Shown here: positions 38,118-48,174 of the stretch, in pieces
How the letters are laid out: each line of letters begins with the position of its first letter
Numbering within the stretch: the first letter of the stretch is position 1
Source: Candidatus Limnocylindrales bacterium
GTDB taxonomy: Bacteria; Moduliflexota; Moduliflexia; Moduliflexales; JAUQPW01
Assembly: GCA_035559535.1 (NCBI GenBank)
Contig: DATMBG010000058.1
Span: 186,001-250,000 of the forward strand
Reading direction: 5' to 3'
Length of the DNA stretch: 64,000 nt
The notes under the pieces: generated by a model
The model's input: only the letters and a program-made list of their open reading frames with translations
Databases searched by the model: none
Told to the model about the DNA's origin: nothing
Program-made: the position numbers and the translations under genes

Positions 38118-39110
38118 ATGCGACAGATGGTTCCCGAAGTCAAAGAAAACCCGGAGAATTCATCCATAAAAACCTATCCCGGTGCCTTAACTTTCCTGAA
38201 GAAGCACGTTTTCTCTTCCAAAGGATTAAGGGATAAGTTTTCTACGAAGTTAAAAAAAAATAGTTTACCTCTGGCTTTTCTCTCCCCAGCCGTTATTTTT
38301 GTTCTCCTGATCACCTTTCTTCCGATCCTGCACGCGATAAGTATAAGTTTCTATGAAACGTCTTACCTTCAAAAAACGGAGTTTATAGGTTTTCATCACT
38401 ATTGGAATTACCTTCAGGAACCCGCAGGTCGTCAAAATATTCTGAACTCCCTGATTTATGTGTTTGGTTCTCTGATATTGGCCGTGCCTTTTGGAGTTCT
38501 ACTGGCCACGCTTCTCCACCGTAATCTGCGATTTAGAACCCTTTTCCGGACTCTCATCGTTCTCCCCTGGGTTGTAGCCCAACTTATCAGTGCACTTCTC
38601 TGGAGTTGGTTGATTAACCCAAACTATGGGCCTGTTAATTACTTTATTCAACTTTGGTTTGGTTTTCCCGTGGATTTTCTCAGCCAACCCCTAACGGCCA
38701 TGCCTACCCTGATCCTCGTTAATGTCTGGCGGTCTTTTCCTTATCCCATGTTATTAACTCTGGCCGCACTCCAAACCATTCCAGAGGAACTCCTGGAAGC
38801 TGCAAAGGTAGACGGGGCCTCGGCCTGGACCCGATTCTGGCGAATTACCCTCCCCCTCATCCAGAATACGCTTTTAATTGCAATTATTATGCTGAGCCTG
38901 TACTACTTCAATATGGTTACCCTTCCCCTGGTTTTAACCGGTGGAGGACCCCTGGGGGCCACGGAGGTTATCTCCCTTCGAGTATATCGAGAGGCTTTTA
39001 ATTTTTATCATATCGGCTACGGCTCCGCCATAGCTATTTATATTTTATTATTCAATATACTTTTTAGTCTTCTATATATAAAGATTTTGAGGACTGAAGC
39101 TGTGGGTTAA
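38118..39110 (+). CDS. Carbohydrate ABC permease, MalF-type
   Basis: ELLEAAKVDG, TGGGP. Confidence 0.92.
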   Translation: MRQMVPEVKENPENSSIKTYPGALTFLKKHVFSSKGLRDKFSTKLKKNSLPLAFLSPAVIFVLLITFLPILHAISISFYETSYLQKTEFIGFHHYWNYLQEPAGRQNILNSLIYVFGSLILAVPFGVLLATLLHRNLRFRTLFRTLIVLPWVVAQLISALLWSWLINPNYGPVNYFIQLWFGFPVDFLSQPLTAMPTLILVNVWRSFPYPMLLTLAALQTIPEELLEAAKVDGASAWTRFWRITLPLIQNTLLIAIIMLSLYYFNMVTLPLVLTGGGPLGATEVISLRVYREAFNFYHIGYGSAIAIYILLFNILFSLLYIKILRTEAVG

Positions 39111-39167
39111 AGAAAGTACTGAGTACTGGGTGGTGAGTTTTAACTCACCATTCAGTCGTGTATAGGG

Positions 39168-40016
39168 ATGTCTCGGCGACCCGGTAAATTTTCAAAATAT
39201 CTTGAATCGATGGTTGTTTATGGGATTCTTATAGGTACCTCTCTGTTTGCTATTTTTCCCATTGTGTGGGCCATTTTAACTTCTCTTAAACAAGAAGCTA
39301 CTATTTTTCTCTATCCTCCTCAGTGGCTGCCCCATCCGATAACCCTTGAAAATTACCTCCACATCCTTTATAACTCCAATATGCCCCGCTACTTCTTGAA
39401 CAGCCTGTGGGTAGTTTTCATGACCATTCTCTTGAGTCTGACCCTCTCTTCCCATGGGGGATACGCGGCTGCACGTTTTTCCTTTAAGGGAAAAAATACC
39501 CTGTTGTTTATTATTCTCCTGACAGTTATGATTCCGGGCATTGTGGTCTTAATTCCTCTTTATATGCTGGCCACTCAGGTAGGATTGCTGGATACTTACT
39601 GGGTTTTGATTCTGGTTTATACGGCCTGGCAAATTCCGGCGGTTTTATGGCTGATGCGAGGGTTCTTTGAAACTATTCCCAGGGAATTGGAAGAAGCTGC
39701 CCTCATAGATGGATGTTCCAGGCCCGGAGCATTTTATCGAATCATCTGGCCTCTAACCCGACCCGGATTGGCCGCAGCAGCAGTTATTGTCTTTGTAAAT
39801 GTCTGGAATGAGTTTATTCTGGCTGCTACTTTAACAACCTCTGATGATAAACGTCTGATTCCTGTAGGACTTTATTACTACATCGGAGCCTATGGCATTG
39901 AATGGGGTAAATTAATGGCAGCCGTCTGTATAGCTTTGCTTCCCATTATCCTTTTGTTTATATTCCTCCAGCGCAGTTTCATTAAAGGACTATCATCGGG
40001 ATCTGTAAAGGGTTAG
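39168..40016 (+). CDS. Carbohydrate ABC permease, MalG-type
   Basis: ELEEAALIDG, WNEF, GSVKG. Confidence 0.93.
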   Translation: MSRRPGKFSKYLESMVVYGILIGTSLFAIFPIVWAILTSLKQEATIFLYPPQWLPHPITLENYLHILYNSNMPRYFLNSLWVVFMTILLSLTLSSHGGYAAARFSFKGKNTLLFIILLTVMIPGIVVLIPLYMLATQVGLLDTYWVLILVYTAWQIPAVLWLMRGFFETIPRELEEAALIDGCSRPGAFYRIIWPLTRPGLAAAAVIVFVNVWNEFILAATLTTSDDKRLIPVGLYYYIGAYGIEWGKLMAAVCIALLPIILLFIFLQRSFIKGLSSGSVKG

Positions 40017-40103
40017 TTGTCCGTTGTTTGTTAGAAGTTGCGTGGAGTTGACAGATTCAAAGGGAGGATAGAAATCAACAAGCAAAGGACAGCGGACAGG
40101 AAT

Positions 40104-41219
40104 ATGAAAATAGATCAGGTAGAAGTAATTCCCATTCGGATACCCAACCGGGTTCCTATGAAGCTTTCCACCATGCTTTTAGAATTTCAAGATAATGTGA
40201 TTGTCCGGCTAAGGGCGGGGGATTTAACTGGAATTGGTGAGACTGAGCCGATTTACGGGTTTCAGGGATGCGGAGAATCCCAGGTAACCATAGTTCCTTT
40301 GATTCGAGAGCGATTTACACCACTCCTTTTAGGACGAAGTCCCTTTGACATCGAACGGATGGTTCGAGACCTGGAGAAGGCTGTTTGGGGTAATCCCTAT
40401 GCTAAAGCGGCCGTAATCAATGCGCTGTATGATCTCATGGCAAAAGCCTTGGGGCTTCCTCTCTATCAACTCCTGGGTGGCTGCTATCGTGAGAAGATAC
40501 CGGTGGTATGGACCATTGGGATTAAAGATAAAAAGGAGATGGTAGAAGAGGCCCTCTGGGCTGTGGATCGAGGTTTTAAGTTGTTAAAATTAAAGATAGG
40601 GGCTTTAGCGCCCGAGATGGATTTACAAAACATCGCAGCGATTCGAGAGGCTGTAGGACCCGACATCGGGATTCGTGTCGATGCCAACGGTGCCCTCAGT
40701 TTTACCCAGGCTTTGAAACTCCTCACCGGGTTAATTCCCTTTAATTTGGAGCTGGTGGAACAGCCTCTGGCTATATGGGATCTGGATGGGATGGCTCGAC
40801 TTATTGAGCTTTTAGGTATTCCGATTATGCCCGATGAAAGCCTCCACTCCCTTCAATCTGCTCTGGACCTGATTATGAAAAGGGCCGCTTCCATCTTTGG
40901 AATGAAACTGGCCAAACACGGGGGGATTTATTATGCTCAGAGAATTGCCGCCCTGGCTCAGGCTGCCAACCTCCCCATTTATCCGGGAAATCAGCCGAGT
41001 ACCAGTATAGGATCGGCTACCGCTGCCCATTTCTATGCAGCGACATGGAATGCTACTTTAGGAGGAGATTTTCATATAGGTCCTGCCGGGTGGCTTGCCG
41101 ATGATATCGTCAAAAATCCCCTGGTCGTTCGGGATGGCCATGCCTTTGTCCCCCAGGGGATTGGAATTGGAATGGAACTGGATGAAGAGAAATTAGCTAA
41201 ATATACCAGGAAGATCTAG
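40104..41219 (+). CDS. Enolase superfamily enzyme, muconate cycloisomerase (MLE) subgroup
   Basis: KLKIG, DAN, EQP, DES, KLAK; start set to ATG 40104. Confidence 0.88.
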   Translation: MKIDQVEVIPIRIPNRVPMKLSTMLLEFQDNVIVRLRAGDLTGIGETEPIYGFQGCGESQVTIVPLIRERFTPLLLGRSPFDIERMVRDLEKAVWGNPYAKAAVINALYDLMAKALGLPLYQLLGGCYREKIPVVWTIGIKDKKEMVEEALWAVDRGFKLLKLKIGALAPEMDLQNIAAIREAVGPDIGIRVDANGALSFTQALKLLTGLIPFNLELVEQPLAIWDLDGMARLIELLGIPIMPDESLHSLQSALDLIMKRAASIFGMKLAKHGGIYYAQRIAALAQAANLPIYPGNQPSTSIGSATAAHFYAATWNATLGGDFHIGPAGWLADDIVKNPLVVRDGHAFVPQGIGIGMELDEEKLAKYTRKI

Positions 41220-41252
41220 TAGTTCTTTGTCTATTGTCCGTTGTTCCTTGTA

Positions 41253-41274
41253 GTAGGTCAAACGTCTCGTTTGA
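41253..41274 (+). repeat. GTAG-type REP
   Basis: GTAGGTCAAACGTCTCGTTTGA is identical to 21931-21952. Confidence 0.8.
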
Positions 41275-41390
41275 TGCTGAAGGAAGTTATTTATGGAATT
41301 GAAGGCCCGCCTTCCACGGCGTTGGAATAAGGGCGAACAGGGACAATTCTAAATGCCGTCCCGCGAACAACGGGCAACAGATACACTCAG

Positions 41391-42731
41391 ATGAAAAGCG
41401 AACACCGCTTATTATCGCGTCGTACCTTTCTCCAGAAAGCCGGACAGATAGGGGCTGCTACGGGACTCCTGGCTACCGGTGGATTTCCCACCCTGCGGAG
41501 AGCCCGGGCTCAGGATAAAAAATCCGTAACCCTTCGGTACTGGACTTTCTTAAATCCAAAGGATCCGAATCCCCGCTCTCAAGCTCAGAATCAGATCCTT
41601 GAGAGTTTCGAAGCAAAATATCCCCATATCAAGGTTTCGGTAGAAATTGTTCCCTGGCAAACCACCGGACTCCAGTTGATTCAGGCGGCCCAGGCTGGTA
41701 AAACACCCGATGTAATCAGCATGTTTAACCTTTATCTGGCCCAGCAAGTGGCCGCTAAAACGATTCTTCCTTTAGATGAATATCTTCAAGGATGGAGTCC
41801 GGAACAGCAACAAGATTTTATTTATCCCCTGGAGCAGGTTAGCTTCGAGGGACGCAGGATGGCTTTTTTCCGGGATCTGAGGGTTCGACTTCTCTGGTAC
41901 CGAAAGGATTGGCTGGGAGAAGCCGGATTTGGGACTCCTCGAAGCTGGGAGGAATTGGCCCGGGCAGCTCAAGCCGTTACCACAGGTCGTCGGACCGGCT
42001 TTACCATGGCCATGGAGAGATCCAGGGACAAGGGGGTTCAGCTCGGTCAGTTTATGATCAGTAATCTCTGGGCCCAGGGAATTAATATTCTGGATGATCA
42101 GGGGAAGGCTAATTTTAATAACGAAGCAGGAGCTCGGATTTTTCAATTCCTTTACGATTTAGTTCATACTTACAAAGCCATGCCCCTCAGTGTCATCTCT
42201 GTGGATTCCGATACCAGCTTGCAGATGATCAAATCCGGCGCAACGGCCATGATTACGGAAGGAAGCCATCGGGTTTCCACGGCCCGGGCCGGTCAGGGGG
42301 TCGGCATGAACCTGGCTACCACGCCCATTCCTTCCCCTGAGCCGGATAAACCTTGTCCGGCATTGACCACCGGACAGGTCCTCATGATGGGTAAAGATTG
42401 TAAGAATCGGGAGGAGGCCTGGTTATTCATCGAACATTCTATCAGTCCAGAACAACAAGCCCTGATCGGTAAAGTAGCTCAGGAGATGCCGACCCGTAAA
42501 TCCTCCTATCAAGACCCCTGGTTTAAAACCCCTGAAGCCGCAGAAATGCTAGCCTGGGTGGAGTATGTTCAAAAAACTTCTCGACCCTTCATTTTTCCGG
42601 AAAAAGTAGAGATTCTTTTTGATACCATAGCCGGAGCCGCCCAGGAAGTCATCACCCGACGTAAACCGATCCCCCAGGCCCTGGAAGAGGCCGCAGCAAG
42701 ATGGAATAAGGAAAAAGGAGGAGGATCTTAA
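41391..42731 (+). CDS. Tat-exported sugar-type ABC substrate-binding protein
   Basis: SRRTFL twin-arginine signal; TPDV, WYRKD. Confidence 0.9.
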   Translation: MKSEHRLLSRRTFLQKAGQIGAATGLLATGGFPTLRRARAQDKKSVTLRYWTFLNPKDPNPRSQAQNQILESFEAKYPHIKVSVEIVPWQTTGLQLIQAAQAGKTPDVISMFNLYLAQQVAAKTILPLDEYLQGWSPEQQQDFIYPLEQVSFEGRRMAFFRDLRVRLLWYRKDWLGEAGFGTPRSWEELARAAQAVTTGRRTGFTMAMERSRDKGVQLGQFMISNLWAQGINILDDQGKANFNNEAGARIFQFLYDLVHTYKAMPLSVISVDSDTSLQMIKSGATAMITEGSHRVSTARAGQGVGMNLATTPIPSPEPDKPCPALTTGQVLMMGKDCKNREEAWLFIEHSISPEQQALIGKVAQEMPTRKSSYQDPWFKTPEAAEMLAWVEYVQKTSRPFIFPEKVEILFDTIAGAAQEVITRRKPIPQALEEAAARWNKEKGGGS

Positions 42732-42790
42732 AAAGATCCCGGTCGGCTGTTTTTAGTCCAGAGGATCTTGATTTTTCCTCATCCCCTTGC

Positions 42791-43498
42791 TTAGCCTCCC
42801 AGACTATCCAACGTTTCTTGTAAACTCTTCCGAATACAAGTAATCGTCGGGGTATCCCGTACGGTGTATCGGCTCCCTTCGGTTTCCCGCAGTTCCATGA
42901 CCAAATCAAGGAAATCCTCCGGTTTGTCGGTTTCAAAGGCAACTACAAATTCTTGATCGTCGAGGCCGAAAGAGTAAGTGGTATTCAACTTTACAGAGGT
43001 ATAACGGCTCCCAATCTCAATGTGTTCGTCCATAATTCCCTGTCGGGCCGGTTTGGTCATCAGATACCACTCCCGCTTCTTTACGAAGGGATAGACAAAC
43101 AAGAATTTGGACTGGGCCGGGATGATTTGTAACCGACTTTCTCCATGCTCCGGGCTAATCTTATCCACATAGATCGAACGTTTGGTCATGGCCAGAAAGG
43201 AATAGGGAGTATCTAAATACTTCCCAAGGCCTGTGGATAGCAAACTGGTGCTCATCTCTTGAAAAGACTCCAGGGAATAAGAAATCCGCCATAGCAAAAA
43301 GTCGGTTTCAGGTCGAATCCCCACCGTGGTATAACTGTAGGTCATAACCTTCGAAGGGGAGTCCTTCGAAGCAAATTCTTCGACTACGGAGATGAATTCC
43401 TTTTTACCGAGCTCTCGTTCCGACTGAGAAAGTCGTCTCCAGATTGGATCCACTTTATAAAAAGCAAAATTAACAAATTGCCGTTTCACTTCAGGCAT
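42791..43498 (-). CDS. Chlorite dismutase/coproheme decarboxylase (Cld/HemQ) family protein
   Basis: YPFVKKREWY, MDEH, SFGLDDQEFVVAFE, LRETE; ATG 43498 (the upstream extension is a heptamer repeat). Confidence 0.88.
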   Translation of the reverse strand: MPEVKRQFVNFAFYKVDPIWRRLSQSERELGKKEFISVVEEFASKDSPSKVMTYSYTTVGIRPETDFLLWRISYSLESFQEMSTSLLSTGLGKYLDTPYSFLAMTKRSIYVDKISPEHGESRLQIIPAQSKFLFVYPFVKKREWYLMTKPARQGIMDEHIEIGSRYTSVKLNTTYSFGLDDQEFVVAFETDKPEDFLDLVMELRETEGSRYTVRDTPTITCIRKSLQETLDSLGG

Positions 43499-43691
43499 AC
43501 TTAAATAACAATGAATAACAATGAACAATGAACAATAAACAATGAACAATTGTTCATGGTTAATTGTTAATTGACTTTGAAAGCTTCTGGAGATATTTTA
43601 CTTACAGCTTTTACTCCCTTGTTGTACATCAGTTTACAGAACTATAAAGGATATTTCAATCTTTTTTTACTTCTTAAGACTCGGCGGTATC

Positions 43692-44657
43692 ATGATTATT
43701 ACATCATCTCTGGGTGGAGGTAAGCAAGGAGATCCCTCTCTGTACGTGGATCTGGTGGATAAAAAGATGGGGCTGCTGTTCGATTGTGGATTTAATAATT
43801 TTACCGTAGCTCAGATCAAAAAAATTGCTTTTATTTTTGTATCCCATACCCATGTGGATCACTTCATCGGGTTTGATATCATCTTGAGGATGAGTCTGGA
43901 TGAGCCTAAATCCCTTGTCGTATACGGACCTCCCGGGATCCTTCAGAATGTCCGGGGGAAGTTAAACGGGTATACCTGGAATATCTGCCACGATTTAAAG
44001 TTAAAGATCACTGTGGTAGAAATCCGGAATGGGAAGCGAATATCCGCTTCCTATTATAGCCATCGGGGATTTCAAGAAGAAGATATTTCCGAGGGGGAAG
44101 CCTCTTCCGTTTTAGTAGAGACCGAAGATTTTAAAGTGGAGTATACTGCCCTGGATCATATGATTCCTTCGTTTGGATATGCCTTTACCGAGAAAGATTC
44201 CTATAATGTGAACAAGGAACGCCTGGCCAGTCTAGGCTTTTCACCGGGTCCATGGCTCAAAGAATTAAAAGAGCGGGCCCGAAATCCTCTGAGACTGGAT
44301 GAGATGATCCGGGTTCAGGGAAAGTGGTACCCGGTCCAGATTCTGAAGGAGCAGCTCTTAGAATTTAAAAAGGGACGAAAAATCGCTTATGTAACGGATA
44401 CGATTTTTGATGAAATCACTCGAAAGAAGATTACCCAGTTGGTTAGAGAAGCCGATTTGTTTTATTGTGAGTCTTGCTTTTTAGAAAAGGATCGAGACAA
44501 AGCCAAAATCTCTCATCACCTTACGGCCCGGGAAGCCGGAATCCTGGCCCGGGAAGCTCAGGTCAAAAAATTGATTCTCTTCCACATATCCCGACGATAT
44601 CAGGAAATTGAGTCCTCGTTGGAAGAGGCCCGAAAAGAATTTGCAGCTACGGAATAA
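43692..44657 (+). CDS. RNase Z/BN-like metallo-beta-lactamase
   Basis: FDCG, SHTHVDH, PGPW exosite, TDT, HHLT, FHISRRY. Confidence 0.85.
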   Translation: MIITSSLGGGKQGDPSLYVDLVDKKMGLLFDCGFNNFTVAQIKKIAFIFVSHTHVDHFIGFDIILRMSLDEPKSLVVYGPPGILQNVRGKLNGYTWNICHDLKLKITVVEIRNGKRISASYYSHRGFQEEDISEGEASSVLVETEDFKVEYTALDHMIPSFGYAFTEKDSYNVNKERLASLGFSPGPWLKELKERARNPLRLDEMIRVQGKWYPVQILKEQLLEFKKGRKIAYVTDTIFDEITRKKITQLVREADLFYCESCFLEKDRDKAKISHHLTAREAGILAREAQVKKLILFHISRRYQEIESSLEEARKEFAATE

Positions 44658-44695
44658 GAAGCAGGAGGTGGTGAGGAGCAAAAGGAGGTGTTTCG

Positions 44696-45727
44696 TTGAA
44701 AGCCATTGTCATCCATGAGCATGGAGGTCTTGATAAGCTCAAATATGAAGAGGTAGATAAACCCAAAATATCTCCCAAAGAGGTTTTAATTCAGGTAAAG
44801 GCTTCTTCTCTGAATCACCTGGATATTTTTGTTCGCAACGGAATTCCTGGGATTAAAATCCCTCTTCCCCATATTCTGGGATCCGATTGCTCCGGCATAG
44901 TGGCCGAAGTAGGTTCAGAAGTTCGGCGGGTCAAGGTGGGGGATAGGGTAACTGTTAATCCGGGACGATGGTGCGGGCGTTGTGAGTTTTGTGTTGCAGG
45001 AGAACAAAGCCTCTGCCCGTATTTTCAGATCATGGGAGAACATGTGGATGGGGCCTGGGCCGAGTTTGTTAAGGTTCCAGAAGAAAGTGTATACCCCATC
45101 CCGGAGGGCTTATCCTTCGAGGAAGCTGCCGCTTTCCCACTGGTGTTTTTAACGGCCTGGCGAATGCTGATTACCCGAGCTGCTTTGAAACCTGGAGAAA
45201 CGGTGTTAATTATTGGAATTGGGGGTGGGGTAGCGATGGCCGCTATGCAAATCGCCAAATATGCCGGAGCTAAGGTGATCGTAACTTCGGGTAGCCAGGA
45301 AAAGTTGCAAAAAGCCCTGAGTCTGGGAGCTGATGTAGGGATCAATCATCGGGAGCAGGATTTTGCAGCCGAAATTGCCAAACTGACCGGGAAAAGGGGT
45401 GTGGATGTTGTTGTGGATAGTGTAGGTGCCGATACCTGGCAGAAGTGTATCTTGAGCCTGGCAAAGGGAGGACGGTTGGTAACCTGCGGGGCAACTTCCG
45501 GACCCAACCCCAAAGAGGATCTCCTTCGGATTTTCTGGAAACAACTCTCCATACTCGGTTCGACCATGGGAAATCAACGGGAGTTTAATGAACTCTTGCG
45601 TGCCTTTGATACCGGTCGACTCAAACCCATCATCGATCAGGTCTATCCCCTTGCAGAAGCTGCAAAAGCGCTCCAAAGGTTGGAAGAGCAGGCTCAGTTT
45701 GGAAAGATTGTGTTAACGGTATCATAA
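44696..45727 (+). CDS. Zinc-binding dehydrogenase/quinone oxidoreductase (MDR family)
   Basis: NHLD, CGRCEFC..C Zn site, GIGGGVA, QFGKIVL. Confidence 0.92.
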   Translation: MKAIVIHEHGGLDKLKYEEVDKPKISPKEVLIQVKASSLNHLDIFVRNGIPGIKIPLPHILGSDCSGIVAEVGSEVRRVKVGDRVTVNPGRWCGRCEFCVAGEQSLCPYFQIMGEHVDGAWAEFVKVPEESVYPIPEGLSFEEAAAFPLVFLTAWRMLITRAALKPGETVLIIGIGGGVAMAAMQIAKYAGAKVIVTSGSQEKLQKALSLGADVGINHREQDFAAEIAKLTGKRGVDVVVDSVGADTWQKCILSLAKGGRLVTCGATSGPNPKEDLLRIFWKQLSILGSTMGNQREFNELLRAFDTGRLKPIIDQVYPLAEAAKALQRLEEQAQFGKIVLTVS

Positions 45728-45779
45728 CACGGCAGGAGACGAAAGCCAGAAGCACTCTCCCATTTTTTATGGAGTTTCT

Positions 45780-45985
45780 TTGCCCTCACCCCCAACCCCC
45801 TCTCCCGAGGCTTTGGGAGAGGGGGGTAAGGGCAAAAGTGCCAGAATAAGAAGGTTAGCCCCAGCGAGGCAACCTGTGGATAGCCCCGTCAGGGGCTTTT
45901 TAGCTTATCCTTGCACCTTTGCCCCCGAACCCCTCCCTCTTCTCCCTCCCCGTCCATGGGGAGGGAAGGGGTGGGGGTGAGGGCA
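45780..45985. repeat. Composite REP-like cluster
   Basis: tgccctcacccc..ggggtgagggca inverted ends around the ccagaataagaaggttagcccc unit. Confidence 0.75.
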
Positions 45986-46100
45986 GAACAATTATTCAAA
46001 TTTAACTTTGGCATGTCACACCACAAATGACGAGGTATTTATGGCCCGTAGGACTTAGAATAAGTATTCTAGTTTCTCCGGTCTCCTTATTCTCATCACA

Positions 46101-47054
46101 ATGGTCTTATTTCTCCGAGAAACAGATATTCACCAGCTTTTAACCATGGAAGACACACTGCCTATTGTGGAAGAGGTATTCCGACAACAGGGTCTCGGTA
46201 CCGCTATCAATCGACCTCGATTTCGAGTTCGCCTCCCTGAGGGGGTTCTTCACATTATGCCGGCAGCTACACCGGTTTTTAAATCCCTGGGGTTTAAAGC
46301 TTATACCACCTTTCGGGGAGGAGCCAGGTTTTTATTTTTCCTCTACCACTCCGATACGGGAGAGCTGTTGGCCATCATGGAAGCTAATCGCCTGGGTCAG
46401 ATGCGAACCGGTGCTGCGACCGGGATTGCCACAAAATATATGGCCCGTCCAGAAGCTCGTACGGTAGGTATATTCGGGGCAGGATGGCAGGCCCAGACAC
46501 AACTCCTGGCAGTTTGCGCCGTCCGAAAGATTCAAACGGTTAAAGTTTACAGTCGTACTCCTGAGACCCGTCGTACCTTCTCTCAGGAAATGGCTTCCCG
46601 GCTTAAAGTCAACGTACAACCGGTAGATTCTCCAGAAGAAGTCGTCCGGGGATCTGATATTATCATCACCATCACATCAGCGCGAGAACCGGTTTTTAAG
46701 GGAGAATGGCTGGAGCCGGGCGTTCATCTTAATGTGGCAGGCTCTAATTCGGCCATCCGACGTGAAGTAGATGATGAGACCATCCGGCGAAGCGATTTCA
46801 TCGTGGTCGATTCTAAGGAAGATGGTATGATAGAATCTGGAGATCTGATTATCCCCATAGAAAAGGGAATTCTCCACTGGGGCCAGGTTCGCGAATTGGG
46901 AGACATCGTGGCCGGATATATGCCGGGTCGTCGGACTCCTGAAGAAATCACCCTATTCAAATCCAATGGCCTGGCCATTGAAGATGTTGCCGTTGCAGTC
47001 AAGCTCTATGAGCTGGCAAAGGCCAAAGGTGTTGGAATGGAATTGCCTATCTAA
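46101..47054 (+). CDS. Ornithine cyclodeaminase/mu-crystallin family protein
   Basis: RTGAA, GAGWQA, FKSNGLAIEDVA. Confidence 0.92.
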   Translation: MVLFLRETDIHQLLTMEDTLPIVEEVFRQQGLGTAINRPRFRVRLPEGVLHIMPAATPVFKSLGFKAYTTFRGGARFLFFLYHSDTGELLAIMEANRLGQMRTGAATGIATKYMARPEARTVGIFGAGWQAQTQLLAVCAVRKIQTVKVYSRTPETRRTFSQEMASRLKVNVQPVDSPEEVVRGSDIIITITSAREPVFKGEWLEPGVHLNVAGSNSAIRREVDDETIRRSDFIVVDSKEDGMIESGDLIIPIEKGILHWGQVRELGDIVAGYMPGRRTPEEITLFKSNGLAIEDVAVAVKLYELAKAKGVGMELPI

Positions 47055-47113
47055 TCCATTGTCCGTTGTCTATTGTTTCCTCTAGCCAGCAGCAGACAAT
47101 GACCCACAGATCC

Positions 47114-48028
47114 ATGACGAAACTGGCCAGTATCGACGTTGGGACCAATTCGGTCCTTCTGCTTATTGCTGAGGTGGATCCGCAGGGGAAAATAACCCCT
47201 TTGCACGATGAAGCCCGCATTACCCGCCTGGGAGAAGGATTTGGAAAGGATAAAATTCTCAAACCTGAAGCTATGGAGCGGACTTTTGAAGTCTTAAAGA
47301 AATATGTGGATCTCGCCAGAAGTTATAAAGTCTCGGAGATTAGAGCTGTCGGTACCAGCGCCTTGCGCGATGCAGAAAACAGAGAAGTTTTTCTGAACCG
47401 GGTAAAAAGTGAACTGGATTTATCCATTGAAGTTATCTCCGGGGAGAGGGAAGCCTGGCTGACTTACAGGGCCTGTGTGCTGGCCTTTCCAAAGTTGACC
47501 GGAAAAACCCTCATGCTGGACATAGGAGGGGGCAGTACCGAGTTTATCTTCGGAGATCGGGAGCACCTGGAGCAGATGGTTAGTTTAAATATCGGGAGTG
47601 TCCGGGCTACGGAAATGTTCCTCCACAGCGATCCCATCGGGGAAAGGGAATTTCAGAATCTCTACAGTTATTTACAGGATAAAATCCGGCCCGTCCTTAA
47701 TCCCCACAAAAAAAACCTTTCTTGCCTGATAGGTGTTGCTGGAACCGTCACCACCCTGGCCGCTATGGATCTTGAAATGGTTCACTATGACCCCTCCCTC
47801 ATCCACGGCTTCCGTTTGACCCGAGGACGATTGAATCAACTCCTGGATAAGATGAAAAAAATGACCCTGGTAGAAAGAAAAAAACTCCCCGGTTTGGATC
47901 CCGGGCGGGCCGATGTTATTGTAGCCGGAGGGTTAATTCTCAAAGTCGTTTTGGAGGAAACCGGGTTGGAAGAAGTTATCGTAAGCGATTGGGGAATCCG
48001 GCATGGTTTATTAGAGAGCAAAATTTGA
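47114..48028 (+). CDS. Ppx/GppA phosphatase (short form)
   Basis: IDVGTNS, GTSALRDA, DIGGGSTE, RADVI. Confidence 0.93.
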   Translation: MTKLASIDVGTNSVLLLIAEVDPQGKITPLHDEARITRLGEGFGKDKILKPEAMERTFEVLKKYVDLARSYKVSEIRAVGTSALRDAENREVFLNRVKSELDLSIEVISGEREAWLTYRACVLAFPKLTGKTLMLDIGGGSTEFIFGDREHLEQMVSLNIGSVRATEMFLHSDPIGEREFQNLYSYLQDKIRPVLNPHKKNLSCLIGVAGTVTTLAAMDLEMVHYDPSLIHGFRLTRGRLNQLLDKMKKMTLVERKKLPGLDPGRADVIVAGGLILKVVLEETGLEEVIVSDWGIRHGLLESKI

Positions 48029-48074
48029 AATTTTTCATTTGAAATTGGATTTAATGGGGTATAAATTAGTAATA

Positions 48075-48092
48075 CCTAACTAATTAGTCAGG
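48075..48092. promoter_or_regulatory. Palindromic operator upstream of peroxiredoxin (Rrf2-box-like)
   Basis: CCTAACTAATTAGTCAGG, 18 bp with one mismatched pair, just downstream of a TATAAA -10-like box. Confidence 0.5.
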
Positions 48093-48174
48093 ATTTGCCT
48101 TCGATCTATGTAATCTAATCAGAATGGGTTTTTGACTAGATTACATGGAATCCTTAAATTAGGAGGGATAACAA

